Positions 55,411-64,000 of a DNA stretch of 64,000 nt are shown here, in pieces. The notes beneath the pieces are model-generated. The model did not search any database and was not told the DNA's origin. It worked only from the letters and a program-made list of their open reading frames with translations. The stretch's first letter is position 1, and every line of letters begins with the position of its first letter. Location of the stretch: the IMG/VR virus record IMGVR_UViG_3300039074_000056, positions 1 through 64,000 of that record. One strand, given 5' to 3'. A program made the translations under genes and the position numbers. Origin of the DNA: a virus.

Positions 55411-57588
55411 TTATTGTACAATGTTTTGCTGGTTGGTGTCAATACATTCTTCAGAAATAATCAACTTATTTGCTTCAGAAATGTAATAGTCATAATCCAA
55501 ATCCCACTTAAACTTTGTAATGTCGTTACAAGGTTTAACATTCCACTCTACATCAATACCAAGTCTACGAAGCTCACCGCCTTCCACAAGAGGAGGCATA
55601 ATCTTAACCAATTTACCACCTTGTTTAGAAGGGTAGTAACGACAGATATTTTGTAGCTTTGCTTCAAAACCATCTTCATAAACCAATACCAAACTACTGC
55701 TACGAGGAACCTTTGTTCTCAACATGAAATCATACTTGTCTTTATGATTCATAATATACTCTTCAACGGGTGTTCCATGTAACATAAAAGCCTCTACAGC
55801 CTTCGGTACAACGAGACAGGATTGGTTTTGATGCCAACCTAAACCTTCATACTCATAAGCACCTTTGCGTTTTACCTTACCGTTCGTATAAAGTGCAATA
55901 TAATTATTTACATCTCTCACAAACATAGCCGAGTAGTCCGCATACTCCAATTCAAGCTTTACATCCTTCTGCCACTTAGTACAAATCTCATCATACATCT
56001 CTTGATAAGCACTTGGGTACATCACAGTAACGCCGTCTGTATTCACCTGAACAATCTCCAAATCAGGAATTGTCAAGAGTCTTTCAGCCAACATGCACAA
56101 TGACAACTGCCCATTGATTGTCGTAATCATAGTATATTGTGGGTCATAAAATGGACTATATTGGTTATTGCTATCGCCGTATACCCCATTCAAAGCCAAT
56201 TTCATGACAGCGTTCTCTGGACTATCTTTCGGATACATTTTACGCTGGTTGTAAACATCTTGGTAAATGTCACAAAACTTAGCTGTCAAATGCAAAGGAT
56301 AAACTCTGTTAGAGATAGCAATGTTTGGATACATGGAAGCCACATCAGCATCTTTCAACGTCCAACCTTCTTTAGCTCTAACAATCTTTGACTCAACACT
56401 ACCATGAATACCGCCAGTACCAAAGTCAAAGCGAAATCCATTTACAACAACATTCAATGTCTCAGCAACTTTCCAACAACCCCAATAGCTGATCTTGTGA
56501 ACCTTTGTTTTCACGCCATCAACCAATACGGTGTAAGTAGCTTTAAGCTCTTGCTCTTCAATCCAACCCATAGGATGTTCTTCTTTGAATCGCTTCGCCT
56601 CTTCCTCAGTTGGTTTGTCCTTAAACTTCTTGCGCTTCACCACCACTTCTGCATACTTAGCAACATCACCAAGATTGTGCTCTTCTACATCGCTGAATAC
56701 TCCCTTTGTCTCTGTAATCTTTTGATTACGAAACCATTCCAAAATTGCAACAAATGCTGGTTGTTGGAAGTCATAGTAGTCAAACAAACAATCGCGGATA
56801 TTAATAACCTTTCGCTTAGTTTGATTCAATACTCGCTTTGGGCCTTGCATTTTATAACAACTTCCGGGCATAGCATTTTCAAGCTTATTAATGAAGTAGT
56901 CCTTACCTACCTTAGTATCATTGTGATTGGTGAAGTCAATACCAAAACTAATACCAAGCTTCTCACGGAAACGAATTGCATCCAGAGAAGCACGATAGAA
57001 GTCAAGAGTCATTTTAACATCATGCTCGTTATACTGAATGAGAACATCAATCTCCTCATCTGTCAGAATCTTACCAACAGGAAAAGGGAGGTCTTCAATG
57101 TTATCAGACTTCATATTGAACTCAAGCATCTTCAACGATGTAGAACGAGCCTTGTTGTCAAAGTGATGAATCTTATACAAATCTACTTGCTTAATCATAA
57201 CATCGGAGGTAGGAATTGTGTGACCAAACCCTTCACCCTTAAAACTTTCAATCTGTTTCATTGCCACTTTGTAAATAGCCTTAGCGTCCATAACATATTC
57301 TTCATCAATCTTCTTAGCCAGAATTGCTTCTGACAGAATATGGTGGAGAACAGGATAGTCAAATCCTAAATTGTTAAAACCTACCATCCTGCACTTGTTA
57401 GACTTCAAGTAACGCAAGCAATGAAGAATCTCTGAGGTTTGATTCTTGCGATCACTTACCTCAAAAGTTTTCTTGTGACGACCATCAGAGTGAATGATGG
57501 AGAATGTGAAAACATTAGGGTATGTTTCCAAGTCGTAAATATAGTCTTTCTCAATAAAATCCACTCTGTTCTCCTTTAATTTTACCAA
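55411..57588 (-). CDS. DNA polymerase, family B type, with 3'-5' exonuclease domain
   Basis: Exo 'YDLE', 'GFN..GFD', 'YN.HDV'; polymerase 'DVASMYP', 'KLALNG.YG', 'NTDG'. Confidence 0.9.
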   Translation of the reverse strand: MVKLKENRVDFIEKDYIYDLETYPNVFTFSIIHSDGRHKKTFEVSDRKNQTSEILHCLRYLKSNKCRMVGFNNLGFDYPVLHHILSEAILAKKIDEEYVMDAKAIYKVAMKQIESFKGEGFGHTIPTSDVMIKQVDLYKIHHFDNKARSTSLKMLEFNMKSDNIEDLPFPVGKILTDEEIDVLIQYNEHDVKMTLDFYRASLDAIRFREKLGISFGIDFTNHNDTKVGKDYFINKLENAMPGSCYKMQGPKRVLNQTKRKVINIRDCLFDYYDFQQPAFVAILEWFRNQKITETKGVFSDVEEHNLGDVAKYAEVVVKRKKFKDKPTEEEAKRFKEEHPMGWIEEQELKATYTVLVDGVKTKVHKISYWGCWKVAETLNVVVNGFRFDFGTGGIHGSVESKIVRAKEGWTLKDADVASMYPNIAISNRVYPLHLTAKFCDIYQDVYNQRKMYPKDSPENAVMKLALNGVYGDSNNQYSPFYDPQYTMITTINGQLSLCMLAERLLTIPDLEIVQVNTDGVTVMYPSAYQEMYDEICTKWQKDVKLELEYADYSAMFVRDVNNYIALYTNGKVKRKGAYEYEGLGWHQNQSCLVVPKAVEAFMLHGTPVEEYIMNHKDKYDFMLRTKVPRSSSLVLVYEDGFEAKLQNICRYYPSKQGGKLVKIMPPLVEGGELRRLGIDVEWNVKPCNDITKFKWDLDYDYYISEANKLIISEECIDTNQQNIVQ

Positions 57589-59315
57589 TCAACCCTTTCT
57601 GGAACTCCATCAGGGAAGTATTCTAACTTGTTGTGCAACATGTGACTACCATTGTCATAGTAGTAATCACCGGCATGTCCGGTGTTGCCTGACCATCGAC
57701 ATTTGCTCATAATAATGTGAGTAGTATTCTTTTCAATAGGGTCGTCAGCATACTTATTTCGTGTCATAAGGATGTTAGCCCCAGCACTCTTAAAAATGCT
57801 ACTACTACCTTGAAAATCTTCTTCACTAATCCATGCACCAGCACTATTAGCTTGGCTACCCACTTGATTCTTTCGAGTATGGTTTACATTAAAGAATGTC
57901 ACACCATGACTCTTAACGAAGCTCTTTTGCCAGCGCATAAACAATGATTGATCTTCGTTGCTTAAACCATCAAGCAAATCTTGAAGTGGGTCAATCATAA
58001 TAATACGACAGCCACAAGATACTACAAGTTCCTCAATCACAGTCTTTACATTGTCAATACTACCATCTCGATCATCAAGCAAATGGAATCGGTTTTCACC
58101 GTTCTCCGTTGTGAACAACTCCTTAGCCTTCTGCTTAACAAAATCTGTTTTCAGGTAGTCCATCTTTTCTTCTGTATCTTTCATTAGAGCAATCTTTTTC
58201 TGTAAGTGGCGAGATAACAACACTTCACCATACTGACCGCAATCAAGCTCTAATGATACTACTCCCACAAGGTATTGACTATTGAAAATCCAATGATAAA
58301 GAATCTCATTGATAATACTTGTCTTACCTGTACCTGATGCACTACCAAAGTTTACAATATATCCTAGTGGGATACCACCCGCCATCATCTCCTGCAACTG
58401 CGACATAAATGGCGGCAATGGAATCTTAACAGTATTTGCATTCTCCAATACACGATCATACAAATCACCACTACCAACTACGCCAACAGGCATGTGTTTC
58501 TTAGCTGCATAGAAGTCGCTAACAAATCGCTTAGTCTCATTCTCTACCAAGTATTCATTAGGGTCTTTCTTTGTCCACTCAGCAATATAAACTTTACCTT
58601 TTGGAAGGAATGGAATAATTTTCTCAGCACCTTCCTTACCTGCATCATCTGAATCAAAGCCAATAATAATTCGTTCAAAGCGATTGAAGAAGTTAAATTG
58701 TGCCTGAATCTGCTTACCGCAACCGCTTTCACCCACTGTAGGGGAGACAACTGCTACAGCGTCATACTCACCATTACCACGGGAGATTTGATAATCACGA
58801 AGCATCTGGTATGCACTAAGAGCATCAATTTCACCGCCTACAATTAAACAATCACGACTCTTACTTCCCTTAAAACGGAACTGACCAAAAAGGTCACATT
58901 CCATACCTGTCAGACCAATACTACCGCCAAAAGTCTTTGGTAGGGTGCGTGGTTTATATCCAGAAAGACTATTCTTAATTGTTGTAGGGCAATACTGCTT
59001 TACTGGTTGACCATCTACCATCTCATAACGAACGCCAAAGAACTTATGCGTCTCTTTGCGAATACCACGATATTCAATGTTAAAAGTAGTATTTGTTTTG
59101 ATTTCTGAATTTTGTTCATCTGTAATCTTTGGCTTATCTGTCTTTACTTGTTCTACCACTGCACTACTCCTCTTCTTAGCTACTGTTTCGTTATATCCAC
59201 AAGCAAAGCAATGGGCGCTGTTGTCTTGATAGCGAACAAGATTGTCTCCGCTGGTATCATTACCTCGCTCACTGCACTCTGGACATTGTTCTTTTCGTAA
59301 TACAACTCCACCCAT
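57582..59315 (-). CDS. primase-helicase (T7 gp4-like)
   Basis: Zn finger 'CPEC..SGDNL..Y....HCFAC'; TOPRIM 'GEIDA', 'FDSD..G', 'KDPNE'; DnaB-like 'SGTGKT', 'SLE', 'IDP', 'K.R..G.TG'. Confidence 0.93.
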   Translation of the reverse strand: MGGVVLRKEQCPECSERGNDTSGDNLVRYQDNSAHCFACGYNETVAKKRSSAVVEQVKTDKPKITDEQNSEIKTNTTFNIEYRGIRKETHKFFGVRYEMVDGQPVKQYCPTTIKNSLSGYKPRTLPKTFGGSIGLTGMECDLFGQFRFKGSKSRDCLIVGGEIDALSAYQMLRDYQISRGNGEYDAVAVVSPTVGESGCGKQIQAQFNFFNRFERIIIGFDSDDAGKEGAEKIIPFLPKGKVYIAEWTKKDPNEYLVENETKRFVSDFYAAKKHMPVGVVGSGDLYDRVLENANTVKIPLPPFMSQLQEMMAGGIPLGYIVNFGSASGTGKTSIINEILYHWIFNSQYLVGVVSLELDCGQYGEVLLSRHLQKKIALMKDTEEKMDYLKTDFVKQKAKELFTTENGENRFHLLDDRDGSIDNVKTVIEELVVSCGCRIIMIDPLQDLLDGLSNEDQSLFMRWQKSFVKSHGVTFFNVNHTRKNQVGSQANSAGAWISEEDFQGSSSIFKSAGANILMTRNKYADDPIEKNTTHIIMSKCRWSGNTGHAGDYYYDNGSHMLHNKLEYFPDGVPERVDW

Positions 59316-59325
59316 CTATCTCTCC

Positions 59326-59670
59326 TCAACGAAAATTAACTAACCATTCCTTAAACTCTTCTTCATTCAAGGCGCGAATACTATCACCTTTGAACCAAAA
59401 AAGAAAGGCTTCTAAGCTCTCAAACTTGAAATCTTTGTAAGTTTTACAAGAGTATGTGCTACCACTCCTCGTAACCCAAAAATAAGTAGAAGGAATATCA
59501 TCTAATACTGTTGTACTATCAATTTCTTGGATAGCTGTACTAAAGCGCCAACCGTCTCTGCTCAACCCATCTATACTGTAAGCATGGTAGGTGGGCAAGC
59601 CATCTGTTATAATCTCAAAGATTTGAAAGCTGTGTCTTTCCAATCCTTTCTGTGCTGGAAGACTGTACAT
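59326..59670 (-). CDS. hypothetical protein
   Basis: 'WR.ST.I......T.SGS.Y' pattern; SD GGAGG. Confidence 0.55.
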   Translation of the reverse strand: MYSLPAQKGLERHSFQIFEIITDGLPTYHAYSIDGLSRDGWRFSTAIQEIDSTTVLDDIPSTYFWVTRSGSTYSCKTYKDFKFESLEAFLFWFKGDSIRALNEEEFKEWLVNFR

Positions 59671-60048
59671 ATTATTTACCTCCTGCCATAATGCCTTCTA
59701 CACAAGAAGCACTTTTTACAGCAAATCTCCCCTGATACCAATTGGCAGCATCTACGCAAGATTCCTTGTTAGCCATAGGAATTGTAACCACACCACCCGC
59801 ATAACTGTACTTCATAAAAAGAACTAAATACCAAACTGAAATCATAATTATTTCTCCTTAGCAGTAGCTAAATTAACCACATTCACTTTCAAAATCAGCC
59901 TTAACTACTTGCTGCTTTGCTAATTCGCTATTAAATTTAACGACAGCTTCAATATGCCTTAGCATCTCTACTACTCGCTTCTGCTTTTCAACAGAGAAGT
60001 CATCGTACAGGTTAGCTACTTCAAAAGCTAAGTCCTCATAAACGTCTT

Positions 60049-60267
60049 TCATTGCTTTCTCTCCTCCAACATAGCGTCTGCCATCACATACGCAAGACGC
60101 ACAGTATCTTTTATCGCTCCCTTAGTATCAAAGACCTTGCCCGTAATGCAAACCTTAGCAAAATCATCTCGCAGCTTGCTTTCATCAACGAACAAAGCCT
60201 TAGCTTCTTGTAAAGACAAACCATGCACATCTCGTAAAGTGTCAATATAATTCTTTATGCTACTCAT
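60049..60267 (-). CDS. hypothetical protein
   Basis: C-terminal 'LRD.FA......AY.MADAML.ER' motif common in phage small proteins. Confidence 0.6.
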   Translation of the reverse strand: MSSIKNYIDTLRDVHGLSLQEAKALFVDESKLRDDFAKVCITGKVFDTKGAIKDTVRLAYVMADAMLEERKQ

Positions 60268-60402
60268 TTCCAGCGTTCCTCCGTAAGTTTTGTTCCAATG
60301 GCTCGAAGTATAAACGATACTACCATCCATGTCAAGCCTGTTGCAAGAATTAAGATAAATCCTAAGAACAGGATAGGGATAAGAGGAAGAACAAGGAGTT
60401 GT

Positions 60403-60669
60403 TTAATTTTGTTCAATAACTTCACGTTTCTCTTCCTCTGGAATTACAGTCCACTCTCCCTCTTGTGCATCAATCTGAACAAACAACCCCTGCTCTGTCT
60501 CTGCTTTGCGTGTAGTCATCAAATCATTACGATTTCTACGACTCATCGCAATTTCCATCTTGGCTTGGAAGTCAATAAGCTGTTCTTGTGTCATCATGTA
60601 GATGTTATATTGCAAACCATCAAGCCATGCTCGAAAGCTTACAGGATCGTTTAAGTGACTGAAATTCAT
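60403..60669 (-). CDS. hypothetical protein
   Basis: ORF in the early block. Confidence 0.5.
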   Translation of the reverse strand: MNFSHLNDPVSFRAWLDGLQYNIYMMTQEQLIDFQAKMEIAMSRRNRNDLMTTRKAETEQGLFVQIDAQEGEWTVIPEEEKREVIEQN

Positions 60670-60799
60670 TGCCCTGCAACCCCCGCACCAACAGCAAGCA
60701 GCAGGTAAATAAGACCTGTAATTTGCAAAACATATTTATCAGATGCAATACCGCTACACCACCAAACACTACTCATAAGCATTAAAAACTGAAACCATG

Positions 60800-61021
60800 T
60801 CATTCTTCTTCTCCTAATTTATCCCTAATCTTCATGTCAATGGCTCCTAGAATATCTTCTGGAATATTCCCTACAAGCTCTACATGACTTCCAAGAAGTG
60901 TAATGCTTGTATAGGCTATTGTCAATGTCTTATTTCGTTCGTATGTTCCACATACATAGTATGTAAGAGTGCCTACAGTAACATAGCTTGTGAATGAGTT
61001 GTCTGTGATGTAGCCTTTCAT
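60800..61021 (-). CDS. hypothetical protein
   Basis: ATG 61021 after AAGGAG. Confidence 0.5.
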   Translation of the reverse strand: MKGYITDNSFTSYVTVGTLTYYVCGTYERNKTLTIAYTSITLLGSHVELVGNIPEDILGAIDMKIRDKLGEEE

Positions 61022-61323
61022 GTTAGCTCCTTTGGTAGTGGCATCCAGTGGGTGGGGTTTGCACAAATTTCTCCGTCCGAACCTTCTAGCGCCCAATAGC
61101 CGGGATATACTATATAGCCACCTTCCCAGTCGCCACACTCTTGCTCAGGAAATCTGCCTACAACATAAATACCATTAGGGACATGCCTGTACGCCTCGCA
61201 AGCACTAGCGTAATCTGTTAGCTTCTTTGTACCAAGAATGTATACTGTATCCGCTTCATGGTTGCAGTAAGCTAAAATTGGTGTTCCATCTTTTGGTGCA
61301 GTCTCAATAGGTTGCCAAGTCAT
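61018..61323 (-). CDS. DUF551-like protein
   Basis: 'WQPIETAPKDGT.IL ... PTHWMPLP'. Confidence 0.75.
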   Translation of the reverse strand: MTWQPIETAPKDGTPILAYCNHEADTVYILGTKKLTDYASACEAYRHVPNGIYVVGRFPEQECGDWEGGYIVYPGYWALEGSDGEICANPTHWMPLPKELT

Positions 61324-61670
61324 TTACTCACCTCCATTAGCAAGCAGTAGCCCTCATATCCTATATCACAAGTCACAAGAGTTTGCGAATGCACTTTCTT
61401 AAAACCAAAACTACCTGCATACTTTAGTGGCTCTTTGCTTGACTTGTAATTGCTGGAATCATAGCACCTGCCCTTATCCAGCGAACAAATTAGAATTGTT
61501 CTATTAGCTGCTACTTCACGACTTTTTTGAGAAGCTGTGCTGCTCTTTCCCTTTGAATTACTACTTGATACAACAGCTCCCGCCACTGCACCACCTACAG
61601 CCCCTGAGACAAACCCAGCGTTAGCTAAGGAGGGAATTAGTAGTGCGACTAACAATAAAATCTTATTCAT
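61320..61670 (-). CDS. secreted/membrane hypothetical protein with glycine zipper
   Basis: signal peptide, 'GAVGGAVAGA'. Confidence 0.55.
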   Translation of the reverse strand: MNKILLLVALLIPSLANAGFVSGAVGGAVAGAVVSSSNSKGKSSTASQKSREVAANRTILICSLDKGRCYDSSNYKSSKEPLKYAGSFGFKKVHSQTLVTCDIGYEGYCLLMEVSK

Positions 61671-61836
61671 TTGTAATCTCCATTTCTATCAAACATAGTT
61701 TTCTTCCACTTCTTAGCTTGCTCTATTTCAACAAGTCTGTCAAGTTCCCATTGCATCAGGCTACGAACATAGTCATCCTTTGTTGTGCCAATAACAAGGT
61801 ACAACCCAATAAGACGGGTGATGTAATGCCTTGGTG

Positions 61837-62175
61837 TCATTCCTCTTTCTCCTTACTGTGCAACCAGCAGCTACCAGAAATTACATAGCGCCCTGTTGGG
61901 AATCTGTCTTCGTTCTCCATCCTTGGACATTGGCAGCAAGGCGTAGTCCAATACTTGTAGTAATTGGGGTTAATAGGGAATCCCCATAGCGTCTGAAGCT
62001 CTTCCTCAATCTTAAACAACATCTGCCCCACTTCGTATGTCAGCTTACGATTCTTAGCTTCAATCAACAGAGGGATGCTGTTGTGCAAACTATCACGGAA
62101 TGTATGCAGGCGCTCAATCTGTAAGATTGTTTCTGTAGACAAGCCTTGCTTCTCTGCCAGTTTTAGGTTAATCAT
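61837..62175 (-). CDS. hypothetical phage protein with C-terminal Cys/His cluster
   Basis: 'LQ.LW.F..N..Y..YW..P.C.CP.MEN.......I...C.LH'. Confidence 0.65.
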   Translation of the reverse strand: MINLKLAEKQGLSTETILQIERLHTFRDSLHNSIPLLIEAKNRKLTYEVGQMLFKIEEELQTLWGFPINPNYYKYWTTPCCQCPRMENEDRFPTGRYVISGSCWLHSKEKEE

Positions 62176-62393
62176 TTTTCTCTCTCCTTCTTTATCTGAT
62201 TGATGTGGGACTTGGCCCTGTAACTTGACCAATTCCTCTCGAAGTTTGATGCTAAAGTTCCAAAAGATATGACAGTCACTATTCCATCAAGAAGTTCCAT
62301 AAAACCTTGAACCCACCCCATGATGTGCATCTTCATGTTCTGATGCTTCCAGCGGATAATACGAATACCAAATGGAAGTTTAATACCGCTCAT
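62172..62393 (-). CDS. hypothetical protein
   Basis: ORF overlapping neighbours. Confidence 0.5.
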   Translation of the reverse strand: MSGIKLPFGIRIIRWKHQNMKMHIMGWVQGFMELLDGIVTVISFGTLASNFERNWSSYRAKSHINQIKKEREK

Positions 62394-62674
62394 GTTTGTT
62401 CTCCTTCAAACTTAGCCTTCAACTCAAGATAACGCTTGCGCTCACTCTCAAGCTTCTTGGCTTTCTTCTCTGCCTTTTCTTTAGCAAGGCGCTCTTTCTT
62501 TTGTTGGGTTGTCTCTTTTAGAACGATGTTTAGTGTTCTCTCATTATTGTATCCATAGTAATCACTTTCAATGGTATAACCTTTTCCAGTATATTTTGAC
62601 AGGTATTCAATAGCTTTCTCTACTGTTTCACCATGCCCAAATTCAAAATCTTGCTCAATAAATATGTCGTTCAT
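62390..62674 (-). CDS. hypothetical protein
   Basis: ATG 62674 after AGAGGAG; C-terminal 'ER..Y.ELKAKFE'. Confidence 0.6.
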   Translation of the reverse strand: MNDIFIEQDFEFGHGETVEKAIEYLSKYTGKGYTIESDYYGYNNERTLNIVLKETTQQKKERLAKEKAEKKAKKLESERKRYLELKAKFEGEQT

Positions 62675-62705
62675 GTTTGTTCTCCTCTTTTGATTGAATG
62701 CGAGT

Positions 62706-62735
62706 ATCCTACACCAATTCACTACTCTGCGTCAA
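62706..62735 (-). promoter_or_regulatory. leftward sigma70-type promoter
   Basis: TTGACG-18-TAGGAT. Confidence 0.65.
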
Positions 62736-62788
62736 GCACTAATTTCAAATAATTTTGCAAGAGATAGGGTTTTATAGTGAGAAAGTTG

Positions 62789-62818
62789 TTGACACGGGGA
62801 AGGTAGGTGTAGTACAAT
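62789..62818 (+). promoter_or_regulatory. sigma70-type promoter for ncRNA element B
   Basis: TTGACA-18-TACAAT; shares 'TAGTACAATC' with the promoter of element A. Confidence 0.8.
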
Positions 62819-62821
62819 CGG

Positions 62822-63145
62822 CCTGTTTTCTGACTAGAAGGAAAACATGTAACCAAGGTTTTCTGCGTTGACGACTGTCGGCCTTGGTGATTGTGCCCGT
62901 AGGCAAGGGGAAGAAGATCACGGTACGCCCCAAAGTGGTAAGCGAATTTATCAGCCACGAACCGTTAGTGACTCTTAAGTGAGGTAAATGATAAACTGTA
63001 TCTGGCAACAGCCAGCCTAAGCCTCGTCTGAATTTACAGAGAGATTTATGGGGGACAGAGCTAGCCTGTGTTGAAGGGAATGGGGCAGTGTAGGAACTGC
63101 TCTTAAATACCTTCTCTATAGGGTTAGTATAAGCTCTGTTTCCTA
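62822..63145 (+). ncRNA. structured ncRNA-like element B (paralog of 10175-10485)
   Basis: same motifs in the same order; closing helix GGGGACAGAGCT/AGCTCTGTTTCC; compensatory changes relative to element A. Confidence 0.75.
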
Positions 63146-63275
63146 GCCTGAACTGATTTACAGTAGTATATAGATAAATATTAATATAAGATATAATTTA
63201 GATAAGATCAACAAACATGCAGTAAAAGAGCTAAACGAAAGAATAGCTTTGCTTAGGATTAGATGAAGAAGGGTG

Positions 63276-63304
63276 TTGACATAGAATATCACCTTCTATA
63301 GTAT
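63276..63304 (+). promoter_or_regulatory. sigma70-type promoter
   Basis: TTGACA-17-TAGTAT. Confidence 0.7.
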
Positions 63305-63335
63305 CTGCTTATGTTGAGCAACAGGAGAGATTTTT

Positions 63336-64000
63336 GTGGAGCAAGCCAAGCAAGTAGTGTACCTAATGAAAAACAGTATGTCTTTATATAAGATAGGCAT
63401 TAGCGTAGACCCTAAGAGAAGGTGTAACGACATACGACTGGCTTCTGGCATTCATACAGAAATATTAAAGACATTTGATACAACAAACGAAGCAAGGCTA
63501 GTAGAGCAATCTCTGCACAGGCACTTTTCTTCAAAAAGAAAAGAAGGAGAATGGTTTCGTCTTACTAAAGAAGATTTGCAAGACATTGCAAAAACAGTAG
63601 CTCAGGTGGATTTTGCCATAACAGACGGCATAAACAATGTTGCCAGTTCAGCAGAAGAGTTGACTGTTGAAGAGTTGTTTAACTTTATTGCCTCTTTCGG
63701 TTTGCCGGAAGACTTTACAGTAAGTGACTGTCAAAGATTGTGGGATTCTCAGGTGGCTTTCTTTAAGTGCCTTCTTTCTGTATCTAATACAAAGTTTCGT
63801 CAGCTTTTAGAGATGTTGTTGGATAGGGGATACCATGTTAGTGAAAATATTTGTAATATAGATGAAAGAAAACCATTTTGGGCAGGGGTTACTTTTTGCT
63901 CTTTCGTTATTGAGTATTATCCCGTGGTTCCAAAAAATCTTTTAGGAAATGTTTCATCCGTATACAAATACGAAACTGCTAAGAGGATGTATGAAGAATA
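63336..64000 (+). CDS. GIY-YIG (T5orf172-like) domain protein, 3' truncated by the window end (not in ORF track)
   Basis: GTG after AGGAGA; MEQAKQVVYLMKNSMSLYKIGIS.DP.RR...E..LH.HF...R..GEWF.L; frame open to the window end. Confidence 0.75.
   Translation, partial: MEQAKQVVYLMKNSMSLYKIGISVDPKRRCNDIRLASGIHTEILKTFDTTNEARLVEQSLHRHFSSKRKEGEWFRLTKEDLQDIAKTVAQVDFAITDGINNVASSAEELTVEELFNFIASFGLPEDFTVSDCQRLWDSQVAFFKCLLSVSNTKFRQLLEMLLDRGYHVSENICNIDERKPFWAGVTFCSFVIEYYPVVPKNLLGNVSSVYKYETAKRMYEE

Noticed and set aside
56404-57333. 309-aa plus-strand ORF, and similar long antisense ORFs at 17584-18270, 21192-21875 and 28902-29636
   Set aside because: Antisense shadows of well-supported genes with no motifs of their own.
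62722-63008. Minus-strand ORFs 62722-62958 and 62772-63008
   Set aside because: They overlap two promoters and ncRNA element B, and have no protein similarity to the ORFs over copy A.
1-64000. Integrase, repressor, reverse transcriptase, tail sheath, or stop-codon reassignment
   Set aside because: None recognisable in this window; genes are intact under the standard code and the Trp tRNA has a normal CCA anticodon.

Overview
A ~64 kb stretch of a tailed dsDNA phage genome. It has siphovirus-type morphogenesis genes with no tail sheath, and Rz/Rz1 spanins imply a Gram-negative host. Layout: an AT-rich non-coding region with iteron-like repeats (1-776); a leftward block of small early/accessory genes including dCMP deaminase, a ClpP-like protease and PhoH (777-9977); a divergent promoter region with structured non-coding RNAs and two tRNAs (10000-11900); a rightward virion and lysis operon (11921-43597); a leftward nucleotide-metabolism and replication block with NrdAB, ThyX, exonuclease, SSB, family-B DNA polymerase and T7-gp4-like primase-helicase, followed by small early genes (43697-62674); and a second divergent region. 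Main observations: (1) two homologous ~300-nt promoter-driven structured ncRNA-like elements (10175-10485 and 62822-63145) with identical core motifs and compensatory stem changes, one at each strand-divergence point, which I cannot assign to a known family; (2) an ORF-less 253-nt group IA2 intron interrupting the tape-measure gene; (3) three tandem 5' stumps resembling different lysin families just upstream of the intact GH19 endolysin; (4) a repeated C-terminal-peptide/N-terminal-anchor gene pair used at both the tail tip and a GTA-like head spike. All protein assignments come from motif recognition by eye, not database searches.
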